A DNA stretch of 64,000 bases from Salinivirgaceae bacterium (lineage in GTDB: Bacteria; Bacteroidota; Bacteroidia; Bacteroidales; SZUA-534). The position numbers and the translations under genes are program-made. The DNA is taken from positions 13,033-77,032 of the forward strand of contig JBAYKX010000019.1 in NCBI GenBank assembly GCA_041664345.1, written 5' to 3'. Under the pieces are notes generated by a model. That model made no database searches. It saw only the letters and a program-made list of their open reading frames with translations, and was not told the DNA's origin. Position 1 is the stretch's first letter. Each line of letters begins with the position of its first letter. Positions 55,701-64,000 of this stretch are shown piece by piece.

Positions 55701-56644
55701 AACAGACTATCGGGGATGGTATGCGACAGACGGAATTCTTGGGTTCCCAACATTACCACGGTCTCTTTCAATGGAGTACAGCTATAATCCGAAAGCCATT
55801 CGAGGGTTCCAAAGGTATGTTCCTGCAGGTTGTTGTAAATTTTATTTAGGGCCGCATCAATTTCATTTTTCGAATACAAATCGCTGTAAAAACTGCCACC
55901 GGTTTCTTTTGTAATGTATTGCAACCCTTCGCTCATAGGCAGACCAATGGTGATGCAGTTGATGCGGGTAGAATCGCGCAAGGCTTTTTGGGCAATTTCG
56001 CCGTAGTTGGCCTCGCTCAACCCGTCGGTAATAAAAACCACCCCCCGCCGATACATCCCTTGACGGGCAATATCAATGGCTCCACTGAAATTGGTTAGAA
56101 AAGCATTGTTGAAATCGGTACCGCCGTAAGGGATCATGTCTTCCACCGCATAGTTTAATCGGCTGATGTCATGGGTAAAATCACAATTCAGGGTAATGGT
56201 TTGGTTGAACGAAGCAATGGAAACTTCGGTAATATCGAGGGGCAGTTTTTTTACAAAATCGAGGGCGGTCTGTTTCAAAATATCCAATGGGTTTCCCTCC
56301 ATGGATCCGGATACATCCAAAATAAGTGCAATGGAGGTGGGAACCATCGCCGAACGGGGAGCCCTAAAGTCGGTGGGAATTTTTACCAATCCGTTTTCCG
56401 AAATGTGGATATCTTTCAGGGTAAGTTGTTCCGTAGAATACCCGGCGCCGGTAACGGCAATGTCGGTCTTCACCTTGGGGAACCGCGATGCATCCACATT
56501 CAGCAATTGATAGGTTTGGCCGGTGGCCTGCTGCCAAAGCATTCCCAGTAAAGCAATACTTATATAAATTGTCTTTTTCAAAAGCGAATTGTTCCTAGTT
56601 TTAGTAAACCCGATAAAGGTAGATTTATTGTTTAAACAAAGCAA
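52781..56644 (-). CDS. 1287-aa multidomain envelope protein: vWA + beta-propeller-like repeats + Ig-like modules + OmpA-like C-terminus
   Basis: It has the MIDAS motif DVSGSM near the N-terminus. The C-terminal region GHTDDIG...LSIERA..V..Y...G...RI....G...P......EGRKANRRVEI is an OmpA/MotB peptidoglycan-binding domain. Confidence 0.8.
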   Translation of the reverse strand: MLCLNNKSTFIGFTKTRNNSLLKKTIYISIALLGMLWQQATGQTYQLLNVDASRFPKVKTDIAVTGAGYSTEQLTLKDIHISENGLVKIPTDFRAPRSAMVPTSIALILDVSGSMEGNPLDILKQTALDFVKKLPLDITEVSIASFNQTITLNCDFTHDISRLNYAVEDMIPYGGTDFNNAFLTNFSGAIDIARQGMYRRGVVFITDGLSEANYGEIAQKALRDSTRINCITIGLPMSEGLQYITKETGGSFYSDLYSKNEIDAALNKIYNNLQEHTFGTLEWLSDYSCTPLKETVVMLGTQEFRLSHTIPDSLLGTLELSSEMVSFAAGNPNVTQWKPVLMRGNNIGLNLSGITHTNDSLFGFEKIRFPLSVPPNQWAAVNLTFTPRDSIYTLATYTFSQPGCPDKTLEASTQGAKKLVITAPMGSEVFPRKSSIPITWKGINKSTSVDFYYQPKGQPHWVKATSGSHYQQTWEAPPLNDSIRLMGQVTNNLTLANIMNLPITLVDGSVFKNAVFNSDGTELLTQTEQGAIKTWDAATGKLNNVFEKHLVGQAAFMDKYNRVVNVSKNNISLFTNRNGMFIKDISLVDKRTLSSFVFIGDQEFYTSSVIYSSNLWDPSLNMSISDFPGGSNLDASFSPNGTYLVTRKKESLNVYGITPYKRWYTVELEPGFETAVLHATKNILAVNYETRTEWYRLNTIKPPTILMNQHFVQFSKSGNVIITTKLVNHRFHDVESGKHFYTLPQFLPYTISPKGTFIAFNRNDSLYIHHFTDSSTVLKWEMPQLQQFRFFPESNKMVLLTSDSLQILNFETKQVEVRAYCQTGLVKSMDVAPNEKSIVVTTANVVAIWPIINYFDSDTTPYFQIVSPKPVVKELLEFTAQFMGTSKEKVFDHTIQNPNPFPVVIDSVFISDANPNFSLVSSSGTFELPPNGNCPVEVRFSPKQSGSLEGELTVTSWQHRLTTKLLGFSLERNYELLTPELEFKPIAIGSTTDTLFPVLCNKGNVPLSISSLRMKPNTNNAFKILDKKIPAQLNPADTLWISAEFNAEQRGRVTSNLFLTIDKNEPILATALMGTGNAKREMVLAGKTIHTTTQKAMESQVICTELNSGNLVKKLYSDKKGQFAFTIPTDLNYSLTAELDGYFSSSENIDLVTPQTADTLWVALYLTPLGSETSVRLNNIFFESGSSYLLDISKNELNRLVSLMQNNEKLIIEVQGHTDDIGAPDENLILSIERASVVKKYMQDNGVLPKRIQIKSFGELRPVASNNSPEGRKANRRVEIKFVQNGN

Positions 56645-56662
56645 TTAAGATGGAATTTCTGT

Positions 56663-56844
56663 AGGGAAATCGCTTTTAAAAACCTGCCACAGCGGGTTTA
56701 ATGTTAATAGCTCCGGGTTTCAACCCGGAGATTATGAATTTCCGATAAAAAATCGGCGCAAGCACAACTGATATATTGAAATTGATGGGATGTATGCGCC
56801 GAAAACAGGATTCCATCATTGGAAATCTTAAAAGCGATTTCCCT
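56663..56844. repeat. Structured ~185-nt element, copy 2 (inverted relative to copy 1)
   Basis: The reverse complement aligns along its whole length with 51756..51935. Identical blocks are agggaaatcgcttttaag, tttcggcgcat, gtgcttgcgccgatttt and aaaagcgatttcc. The hairpins are retained with changed sequence (ctccggg-ttgaaa-cccggag). Confidence 0.75.
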
Positions 56845-56934
56845 GATTTTAAATCAAAAACAGTTGTTTTTCAGTAATATAGGACCTTGTAAACATACCA
56901 GCTATTTGTTTTATGTGTACTGTTGAAATCGCCG

Positions 56935-56942
56935 TATCTTTG
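56935..56942 (+). promoter_or_regulatory. Candidate -7 promoter box (TATCTTTG)
   Basis: Matches TAnnTTTG, 26 nt upstream of the vsr GTG. Confidence 0.45.
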
Positions 56943-56967
56943 TAAAAAGTAAAAGCGCTATTCCACC

Positions 56968-57435
56968 GTGAAACAATATATACCCCATAAAATAACGGTT
57001 CCCAAATTTTCGGAAGCCGAAGGGTTTTACACTACCAAAGCCCGCTCAAAAAACATGAGTAAAATACGCAGTAAAAACACCAAACCGGAACTAAAACTCC
57101 GGAAAGTACTGTGGAGCTTGGGTTACCGGTACCGCAAAAATGTAAAAAAACTACCCGGAACGCCCGATTTAGTGTACTTGAAACAAAAACTGGCGGTATT
57201 TGTGGATGGCGAATTTTGGCATGGCTTCAACTGGGCCGAAAAAAAATCTCAAATAAAGTCGAACCCAGGTTTTTGGATTCCAAAAATTGAGCGCAACATG
57301 CAGCGCGACTGGGAAACCAACAAAGCTCTGATTGAAATGGGCTACACCGTTATTCGCTTTTGGCAACAGGAAATTGAGAAGGATTTTATTTCGTGTTTGC
57401 GGCAAGTAACCGATTTTTTGGATGAGCGGAAGTAG
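56968..57435 (+). CDS. vsr: Very-short-patch repair endonuclease
   Basis: The pattern TKARSKNMSKIRSKNTKPELKLRKVLWSLGYRYR...PDLV....K.AVFVDGEFWHG is the Vsr signature. It has a GTG start. Confidence 0.85.
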   Translation: MKQYIPHKITVPKFSEAEGFYTTKARSKNMSKIRSKNTKPELKLRKVLWSLGYRYRKNVKKLPGTPDLVYLKQKLAVFVDGEFWHGFNWAEKKSQIKSNPGFWIPKIERNMQRDWETNKALIEMGYTVIRFWQQEIEKDFISCLRQVTDFLDERK

Positions 57436-57569
57436 CCTAAATGGTGGTAAACCTAAAATAGGTAATTTTTTTTGTTACATGAAAGCAATTCGGAGAAAAT
57501 TTCTGTTTAAGTTAAATATTTCAGAGGTATAAACTGACCTGTTGGATATGTAACATAATAAGGTTACAT

Positions 57570-58316
57570 TTGGGAAGAGCCAAACTGTTATATATTAAAA
57601 GAAGAAAAATGGATAATAACCTGAGAAAGCAAATAATTGAAAATGCACAAACATTCTTTAGAAATGAAATAGTTCAAAATCACATTGAAGGTGCCTGTAA
57701 AAGAGCTGGTAAACTTTCAGAATACAATGTAAATCCATTTTTATTTAAATATTTAGCAAATTTTCTAACTGGAAATGACAGCCCTGAAAGCATTGCAAGA
57801 GCATTAGTTTTACCTAGGATTTTAGGTTCATCTATCAATACTTCATTTGGAATGAAGATTCAGAGCTTAATAAGTTCACTTTTTCAAGGATTAGGATCAA
57901 CAACTCAAGGTATAGATATTGAATTTATTGATGCAATTGATAATCGTAAAAAATACTGTCAGCTTAAAGCTGGTCCAAATACAATTAATTATGATGATGT
58001 TACAACAATCAATAATCATTTTAATGGCGTTCGGGCACTTGCCAGAACAAATAATTTAAATGTTGGTATCGATGATATGATTGTTGGGGTGATATATGGC
58101 GAAGAGCCTGAACTTAGTTCTCACTATCGAAGAATTGGAAACATTTATCCCGTGGTTATTGGGAAAGATTTTTGGCATAGACTTACCGGTAAAGATGACT
58201 TTTATTTTGAATTAATTGATGCAATTGGTGAAGTTGCGTTAGAAGTAGATGCAAGTAAAGTAGTTGAACAAACTATACAAGCATTGGCAAAAGAAATTAG
58301 CGACAAATACCGTTAA
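57570..58316 (+). CDS. Type II restriction endonuclease (PD-(D/E)xK-like; family not determinable by eye)
   Basis: Its position between vsr and a C5-MTase supports the call. It has GIDIEFID...YCQLKAGPNTIN (D...QxK-type core). The likely start is MDNNLRK at 57609. A possible Eco47II/TdeIII-like affiliation is only a recollection. Confidence 0.5.
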   Translation: MGRAKLLYIKRRKMDNNLRKQIIENAQTFFRNEIVQNHIEGACKRAGKLSEYNVNPFLFKYLANFLTGNDSPESIARALVLPRILGSSINTSFGMKIQSLISSLFQGLGSTTQGIDIEFIDAIDNRKKYCQLKAGPNTINYDDVTTINNHFNGVRALARTNNLNVGIDDMIVGVIYGEEPELSSHYRRIGNIYPVVIGKDFWHRLTGKDDFYFELIDAIGEVALEVDASKVVEQTIQALAKEISDKYR

Positions 58317-58328
58317 CATCATTTAATC

Positions 58329-59603
58329 TTATTTTTTTTGAGCATATAACCGGTTCAAAAACTTCACAATAGAATACCCAATTTCAGTTCCCAAATTCAC
58401 AGGAACAGCATTTCCAATTTGTTTGTATTGTTGAGCTGTTGAACCAATAAACTCCCAATCATCTGGAAATGTTTGAATTCGAGCATATTCTCTAACTGTA
58501 AATGGACGTGTTTCTTCAGGATGGCATCTTTCTGTTTGTTTTTGTGCAGGACTACAAGTAAGCGTTAAACAAGGTTCATCCCAACCAATACGTCTTGCAA
58601 TGCCAGTTTTTCCTCCTCCCAAATGAAAACTCCCCCCCAAAAATTTCTTTTGAATTTCAAGTGGTAAATCACGCCAATAACCTTTTGGCGGAACTAAATC
58701 CAAAACATCAATTTTAGTTTGGGGATATTTTGCTCCGGAGGACTTTGGAACATTAGTTTCATATAACTCACCTTTTTTCAGTGCATCTTCTAAATTGTAT
58801 ACTTTCTTGTAAGGATTGGGATAATCAAATTTCAAGTTAATATCCTTTCTAATCCCGACTAAAATTAAGCGTTCTCTTTTTTGAGGAACTTTGAAATTTA
58901 TAGCTTTCAATATTTGAACAGGAGCAACATTGTACCCAATTTCGTCTAATATAGAGATCATTCCTTGTAAAGTTCTACCATTTTCGTGACTAATCAAGCC
59001 TCGTACATTTTCACCAATACATATTGGTGGATTTACTTCTTTAACAACTCTTGCAAATTCGTAAAATAGGGTTCCCCTTGCATCTGCCAGCCCTAATTTT
59101 TTCCCAGCATAACTAAAAGCTTGACAGGGAAAACCACCTGTAACCACATCAACTTTATTTCGAAATTCCGAGAAATTATATGTTTTTATATCACCTTCTA
59201 ACACATTCCATGCTGGTCGGTTTTTCCTTAAGGTTTGACATGCCCATTTATCAATTTCATTTAATGCTACACACTTCAATCCAGCTTTCTCCATTCCTAC
59301 AGCTAATCCACCTGCACCAGCAAATAATTCTAATACAGAATAGTCTTTATCAGGTTCAACATAGTTGGTAATGGTATCATCAATATCATGACTTATAAAA
59401 TCAGCAAAAAGTGTTTCTACTTGTACTTTTTTATATACTCGATAGTTGCTCATAGGTTCTCGGACAGCAGTCAATTTTCCTTCCCTATCCCAACGCCGTA
59501 ATGTTTCTTTACTTTTACCTATAAGTTCAGATGCTTCTGACAATGTAATATATTCTTTCATAACCAAATGGTTTAACCTTATACAATGGTTACAAATATA
59601 CAA
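58329..59603 (-). CDS. dcm: DNA (cytosine-5)-methyltransferase with N-terminal MerR/excisionase-type HTH
   Basis: Motifs present: I (LFAGAGGLAVG), IV (GGFPCQAFS), VI (ENV), VIII (QKRER) and X (GNAVPV). The N-terminal ITLSEASELIGKSKETLRRWDREGKL is an HTH. The likely start is MKEYITL (about 59561). Confidence 0.95.
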   Translation of the reverse strand: MYICNHCIRLNHLVMKEYITLSEASELIGKSKETLRRWDREGKLTAVREPMSNYRVYKKVQVETLFADFISHDIDDTITNYVEPDKDYSVLELFAGAGGLAVGMEKAGLKCVALNEIDKWACQTLRKNRPAWNVLEGDIKTYNFSEFRNKVDVVTGGFPCQAFSYAGKKLGLADARGTLFYEFARVVKEVNPPICIGENVRGLISHENGRTLQGMISILDEIGYNVAPVQILKAINFKVPQKRERLILVGIRKDINLKFDYPNPYKKVYNLEDALKKGELYETNVPKSSGAKYPQTKIDVLDLVPPKGYWRDLPLEIQKKFLGGSFHLGGGKTGIARRIGWDEPCLTLTCSPAQKQTERCHPEETRPFTVREYARIQTFPDDWEFIGSTAQQYKQIGNAVPVNLGTEIGYSIVKFLNRLYAQKK

Positions 59604-59824
59604 AGATTATTGAATGAGAAAAGATAAAGATATTAACAGGTCAAAAAAATACTCACTTAATAAAATGAGTTTTAATTAAGTATTCAGTCTCTTTCTTTTT
59701 TATGAATGTATTTGCAAAAATACAAAACAGATCAAATAGTTTATACACCTCTCAATTATGCATCATTTCATAATATTCCCTCTCACCCTGCGTTTTTGCA
59801 TTATCCGCTAACGAATGTTAGATT

Positions 59825-60481
59825 ATGCATGCACCCAAATACCTCCGAAAAATAGTACTGCTGTGGTTGGCGGGTTTTCCCTTGTTTTTAAATGCCCAAC
59901 ACGACCGTTTTATTGGAGGTGCCCTGTTTTCGCTGAACGGAATTGGCTTATTGGGCGAAACCGGCCCATTCTGGGATTCGCCCAAAACCAAAGAAGGCGC
60001 AGGGCACGGAGGTATTTCAGCCGGTTTGTTTGTGAAACGGGAATTTACTCAAAAAATATATGCTGCCTTTGAGTTGCGGTATTCTTCTAAAGGTAGCATT
60101 TACCAATACCAAAACCAATATGGGTCGCAGCAATTTGAATCGCTGTATCTCGATTATTTGGAGCTTCCTTTACTTTTTGGATATAAAATGAAGACCGAAA
60201 AAAGAACCTATTTTCTGGAAACTGGGGTGGCGTTTGCCCGATTGATGGCTTCAAAAGTTGAATTCAATGAGGAGTTTTATCGTACCGGAACCCCTACTAC
60301 CAGTGGGTTTAAAAAATCGGATTTTATTTGGATTGGCAGTGTGAAATTTAGTCCGGTTAAAAAGTGGAAAGAGCATTTTTTGATGGGAGTGAGTGTTTCC
60401 ACCTCCATAATACCCATTAACGAGTACTACAAAATTTACAATCTGGAGTATGGGTTGGAGTTCAATTATGCTTTTTATTAA
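59825..60481 (+). CDS. Outer-membrane beta-barrel protein (PorT/OmpW-like porin family)
   Basis: It has a signal peptide, alternating-hydrophobicity strands and a C-terminal aromatic residue (NYAFY). Confidence 0.5.
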   Translation: MHAPKYLRKIVLLWLAGFPLFLNAQHDRFIGGALFSLNGIGLLGETGPFWDSPKTKEGAGHGGISAGLFVKREFTQKIYAAFELRYSSKGSIYQYQNQYGSQQFESLYLDYLELPLLFGYKMKTEKRTYFLETGVAFARLMASKVEFNEEFYRTGTPTTSGFKKSDFIWIGSVKFSPVKKWKEHFLMGVSVSTSIIPINEYYKIYNLEYGLEFNYAFY

Positions 60482-60547
60482 GGTTTTCAACTTTAATTCA
60501 GATAATTATGAGAACTTTATCGAATAAACAATTACACCAAAATCGGA

Positions 60548-62170
60548 ATGAAAAATAGTTCTTTTGTCGGAAATGCCCATAGGTTCACCTTTGGTTTAAT
60601 TTCATTAAAATTAACCGTTCTCTTTTTGCTAATGGTGATGTCGTTAAGGCCAACATTCGGTCAACCCTATTTTGATACGCACGTGGCTAACAGCTATGTG
60701 AAGCAAAACTCCTTTATTGGAGCCGTGCCCGATACTACAACGCCGCCGCTTTTTGTAAATAGTAAGGAAAGTTTGCCTCAGCCATATTGGAATACGAGGC
60801 CCGATGTTATTGCCTGTTATTGGAAGGCATGGGAACTGGCTTTTTCAAATCTCAATAAAGTGAATGCAACGAGTGGTTTTATATCCCCGTTTATTGATCC
60901 AGCTTTCAACGATCATATTTTTATGTGGGACTGCAGTTTCATGACCATGTTTGGGAAATACGCAGTGCGGGTTTTTGACTTTCAGCATACCTTAAACAAT
61001 TTTTATGGAAAACAGCACCCCGACGGGTTTATTTGCCGCGAGATACGGGAAAGCGATGGCACTGACTGTTTTGAGCGGTTCGATGTTTCAAGTACCGGCC
61101 CCAATATTATGCCTTGGGCGGAATGGGAGTATTTTCTGAACTTTAACGATACGGCAAGGTTGACAAAGATATTCCCCGTATTGTTAGCCTATTACAATTG
61201 GTATAAAACTTACCGTTCGTGGCCTGATGGCACTTATTTTTCGAGTGGATGGGGCTGTGGAATGGATAACCAACCCAGGATTCCGGAGCCTTACAATGCT
61301 GCATGGAGTCATGGGTTTATGTCGTGGATTGACATTTCATTGCAGGAAGTGTATGCGGGAACTGTTTTAATACAGATGGCCGACAAACTGAACCGAAAAT
61401 CCGATGTTGTGGAATTAGAAAAGGAAATTACCCAAATGAATGAATTCATAAATACCTACATGTGGGATGAAAGAGAAGGGTATTATTTTGACCGTTTGCA
61501 AAATGGAAAATTATCCAATGTAAAAAGCATTGCCTCATATTGGTCGCTGTTAGCTGGGGTTTTACCTAAAAACAGAACCAATCGTTTTATTAAACATCTG
61601 GAAGATACTTCAGAGTTTGCCCGGTTGCACCGAGTACCAACACTTTCTGCGGATCATCCTGATTTTGATCCAAATGGAGGTTACTGGAAAGGTTCTATTT
61701 GGGCTCCAACTAACTATATGGTATTGCGAGGCCTTTCCAACTACGGATTCGATTCGTTGGCATACCAAATAGCTTCAAACCACCTCAATAATGTAGTTTC
61801 GGTATATAACCAAACTAACGACCTGCGGGAAAATTATGCTCCCGACAAGGTTCAGGGAAACGACGGAAAAAACTTTTTGGGTTGGACAGGTCTTGTGCCC
61901 ATCACCGATTTGTTTGAATACATTTTTGGTATCCGGCCCAATGTGCCCGAAAATATCCTTTTGTTGGATGTTCGGTTGACCGATGAATACGGGGTAAAGC
62001 AGTATCCGTATGGCAAGTTGGGATTATTGGATATACAAATTAAAAAAAGAAAATCGGTTGCTGAAAAACCAACAGGAATTATCATTACCAATGTACCTTT
62101 AAAAGTATTGATGAAATGGAGTGGAGGTGAATTAACTAAAGAAATTCCTGCTGGCAAATCGAAACTCTAG
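60548..62170 (+). CDS. (alpha/alpha)6-barrel glycoside hydrolase, GH63/GH37-clan-like
   Basis: The GCGMDNQPR and GGYWKGSIWAPTNY motifs resemble the clan GH-G (MGH1/trehalase-like) catalytic regions. Confidence 0.5.
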   Translation: MKNSSFVGNAHRFTFGLISLKLTVLFLLMVMSLRPTFGQPYFDTHVANSYVKQNSFIGAVPDTTTPPLFVNSKESLPQPYWNTRPDVIACYWKAWELAFSNLNKVNATSGFISPFIDPAFNDHIFMWDCSFMTMFGKYAVRVFDFQHTLNNFYGKQHPDGFICREIRESDGTDCFERFDVSSTGPNIMPWAEWEYFLNFNDTARLTKIFPVLLAYYNWYKTYRSWPDGTYFSSGWGCGMDNQPRIPEPYNAAWSHGFMSWIDISLQEVYAGTVLIQMADKLNRKSDVVELEKEITQMNEFINTYMWDEREGYYFDRLQNGKLSNVKSIASYWSLLAGVLPKNRTNRFIKHLEDTSEFARLHRVPTLSADHPDFDPNGGYWKGSIWAPTNYMVLRGLSNYGFDSLAYQIASNHLNNVVSVYNQTNDLRENYAPDKVQGNDGKNFLGWTGLVPITDLFEYIFGIRPNVPENILLLDVRLTDEYGVKQYPYGKLGLLDIQIKKRKSVAEKPTGIIITNVPLKVLMKWSGGELTKEIPAGKSKL

Positions 62171-62226
62171 CTCAAAAAAAGGCTATCTTAAAATGTCTTT
62201 ATTATTAAAACCGCCTTTTATATTAG

Positions 62227-63855
62227 TTACTTAATAAGTATTTTATGATATTCTTGTTTCCCGTCTGAATTAATCTGAATCAAGTATATTCCTTTCATTA
62301 ATCTACTTAAATCAAGCATTGATTCTGATTCCGGCAATGCGTCTTCATAGCAATTACGGCCTTGAACATCAAATATTTTTACCGTGGAATAACTACCTCT
62401 TTTAGGTAAATGAACCGTAACCATGCCTTTTGTGGCAGGATTCGGATATATACTGGTGGTTGTTGAAGACGATTTCCCGGATTGGGGAATCGAAATGGGA
62501 ATCACTTTTGAGAGTACCTTGTATTCATAAAACGAAAGGGAAATGGAATTGCCAAGAGTTATATAGGTATTATTAATTTCATCATACATAGTGGTATTCG
62601 CAATACCCAAAGGTAGGGTAAAGGTTTTGGGTGCATTCCTGAGATTGGAAAGCACAAATATTTGTTCCGTTTCGAATTCCTTTTTAAAGGCACAAACATC
62701 GGTATTGGAATAGGTAACCAGAGAACCCCGACGTATGGCATTGCTGTTGTTGTGGATAGTAATGATTTTGGTCATTTCGGGAGTTATGGTAACATCCTGA
62801 GTCCAGTTAATTACCGATGAAGTAAATGGAAAAGGCATTGCAACGGTATTCCCTACCTCCATGCCATTGTAAATAAAAGGCACACTTTTCATGTACGATG
62901 CCAAAACAAATGCAGCCAATGTACCTTTCTTTCCTTTGAAAATGGTATAAGGCGAACCGTCGCTTCCATAAATATCGTGATTGGACAAGTATCGGGCGAC
63001 CCTTTGATTGGCCGATGCATAGGAATACTCCGATGTGTTTGAATTATTAATTAGTGTAGCCGGCGAATTATTCTTGTAAATGGGAAGAATGCTGTTGTAG
63101 TAGAAATTGAATCCAAAATTAAAATCAAAACCGGCTGTATAATTGGCTGTGCGATCGCCTTCAGCTAACAGCAATAGTTTATGCGAAGTAATTCCCCGCA
63201 ACGAAGTAATGGCTTGCTGCCAGAAATCTATGGGTGGGTTGTTGGCAAAATCGCAACGGAATCCGTCGATATTGGCTGTGAACACCCAGTAACGCATGGC
63301 ATCAATCATTGCAGCCCGCATTGATGTATCGGAGAAATTTAAAGCAGCCACATCGGAATAGGTACTAAATTGTTTAATATTTCCGCTGGCATCCTGAACG
63401 TACCAGTCCTTGTGAGCAGTTATCCATGGATGATCCCACGAAGTTTGATTGGCTACCCAGTCAATCATTACAGCCATTCCTTTTTCGTGAGCTTTATCAA
63501 CCAGATTTCGTAAATCGGTGAGGGTACCAAATTCAGAACCCACGGCCTTTAAATCTTTGATGCAATAGGGAGAATTAAACGCATTCTTGTTACCTACCGG
63601 GTAAAAAGGCATTAAATAAATTACATTAACCCCCAACGCTTTAATATTATCCAACCGGTTAATTACCCCCTGAAAATTCCGGGTGGAGCTGAAGCAACGC
63701 ATGTTTACCTGATATATTACTGCATCGGGGGCATCAGGTACTCCTGAATAAGGTGTTCCATATTGGTCAGGATCTTGTGCATTAGTGATTAAGCTAACTA
63801 GTAAAGCGCAAATAATCAATGCGTTTACCTTGAAATATTGTTTGAAAGTATTCAT
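62227..63855 (-). CDS. GH13 alpha-amylase family enzyme with T9SS CTD
   Basis: GH13 regions are present: GVNVIYLMP, DGFRCDFA (nucleophile), LLAEG and YLSNHD. The C-terminal SIYPNPATKG...GIYLIQINSDGKQEYHKILIK is a CTD. Confidence 0.9.
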   Translation of the reverse strand: MNTFKQYFKVNALIICALLVSLITNAQDPDQYGTPYSGVPDAPDAVIYQVNMRCFSSTRNFQGVINRLDNIKALGVNVIYLMPFYPVGNKNAFNSPYCIKDLKAVGSEFGTLTDLRNLVDKAHEKGMAVMIDWVANQTSWDHPWITAHKDWYVQDASGNIKQFSTYSDVAALNFSDTSMRAAMIDAMRYWVFTANIDGFRCDFANNPPIDFWQQAITSLRGITSHKLLLLAEGDRTANYTAGFDFNFGFNFYYNSILPIYKNNSPATLINNSNTSEYSYASANQRVARYLSNHDIYGSDGSPYTIFKGKKGTLAAFVLASYMKSVPFIYNGMEVGNTVAMPFPFTSSVINWTQDVTITPEMTKIITIHNNSNAIRRGSLVTYSNTDVCAFKKEFETEQIFVLSNLRNAPKTFTLPLGIANTTMYDEINNTYITLGNSISLSFYEYKVLSKVIPISIPQSGKSSSTTTSIYPNPATKGMVTVHLPKRGSYSTVKIFDVQGRNCYEDALPESESMLDLSRLMKGIYLIQINSDGKQEYHKILIK

Positions 63856-64000
63856 AGTGATTTTTTTCTATGGTATAAAGCTAATGAAATTGTTTTTTGC
63901 TCTGGTGATAGGAAGATCTTTATTCGTGAATTTCTTTAAATTAGTAGTGAAACATCATCTATAACCTACTATTTTGAGTCATTAGGTATCCGTTTATGAG

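Noticed and set aside
1-64000. tRNA, rRNA, tmRNA genes and CRISPR arrays.
   Set aside because: No T-arm (GGTTCGAAT-like) or cloverleaf candidates were found in the intergenic gaps. There is no rRNA-like sequence, and no direct-repeat/spacer array was seen on either strand.

Overview
The window looks like a chromosomal segment of a Bacteroidota bacterium. Supporting evidence is several type IX secretion (T9SS) C-terminal sorting domains, many Cys-lipobox lipoproteins, TAnnTTTG-type -7 promoter boxes, A-rich start contexts without Shine-Dalgarno sequences, and an AT-rich composition. About 62 real genes are supportable. Most remaining track ORFs are antisense shadows of these. No rRNA, tRNA or CRISPR array was seen.

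Housekeeping content includes lysC-lysA, a DEAD-box helicase, selU, folC, mtaB, an inositol monophosphatase-family gene, a lipid A acyltransferase, proline dehydrogenase, peptidases and glycoside hydrolases.

Accessory or unusual pockets:
1. 13.5-17.7 kb: two genes each interrupted by a single in-frame TAA (a CBM20-esterase and the HEPN half of a MNT/HEPN toxin-antitoxin pair), next to a PIN-PhoH ATPase.
2. An IS4-like insertion sequence (21326..22630) with 20-bp inverted repeats and a 5-bp duplication, sitting at the apex of a pre-existing palindrome.
3. 41.6-43.9 kb: a translationally coupled four-lipoprotein operon (CsgG-like, small lipoprotein, DUF4810-like, DUF799/GNA1162-like).
4. 44.1-52.2 kb: a single-strand thiol-redox and SAM-methyltransferase island. 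It contains a radical SAM/SPASM enzyme preceded by an unannotated 32-aa Cys-containing ORF and a hairpin-rich spacer. I consider this candidate precursor/maturase pair the most interesting thing in the window.
5. Two inverted copies of a ~185-nt structured, inverted-repeat-bounded element (51.76 kb and 56.66 kb).
6. 56.9-59.6 kb: a Vsr + type II restriction endonuclease + HTH-fused C5-cytosine methyltransferase module.

All functional calls come from motif recognition by eye. No database search was run.
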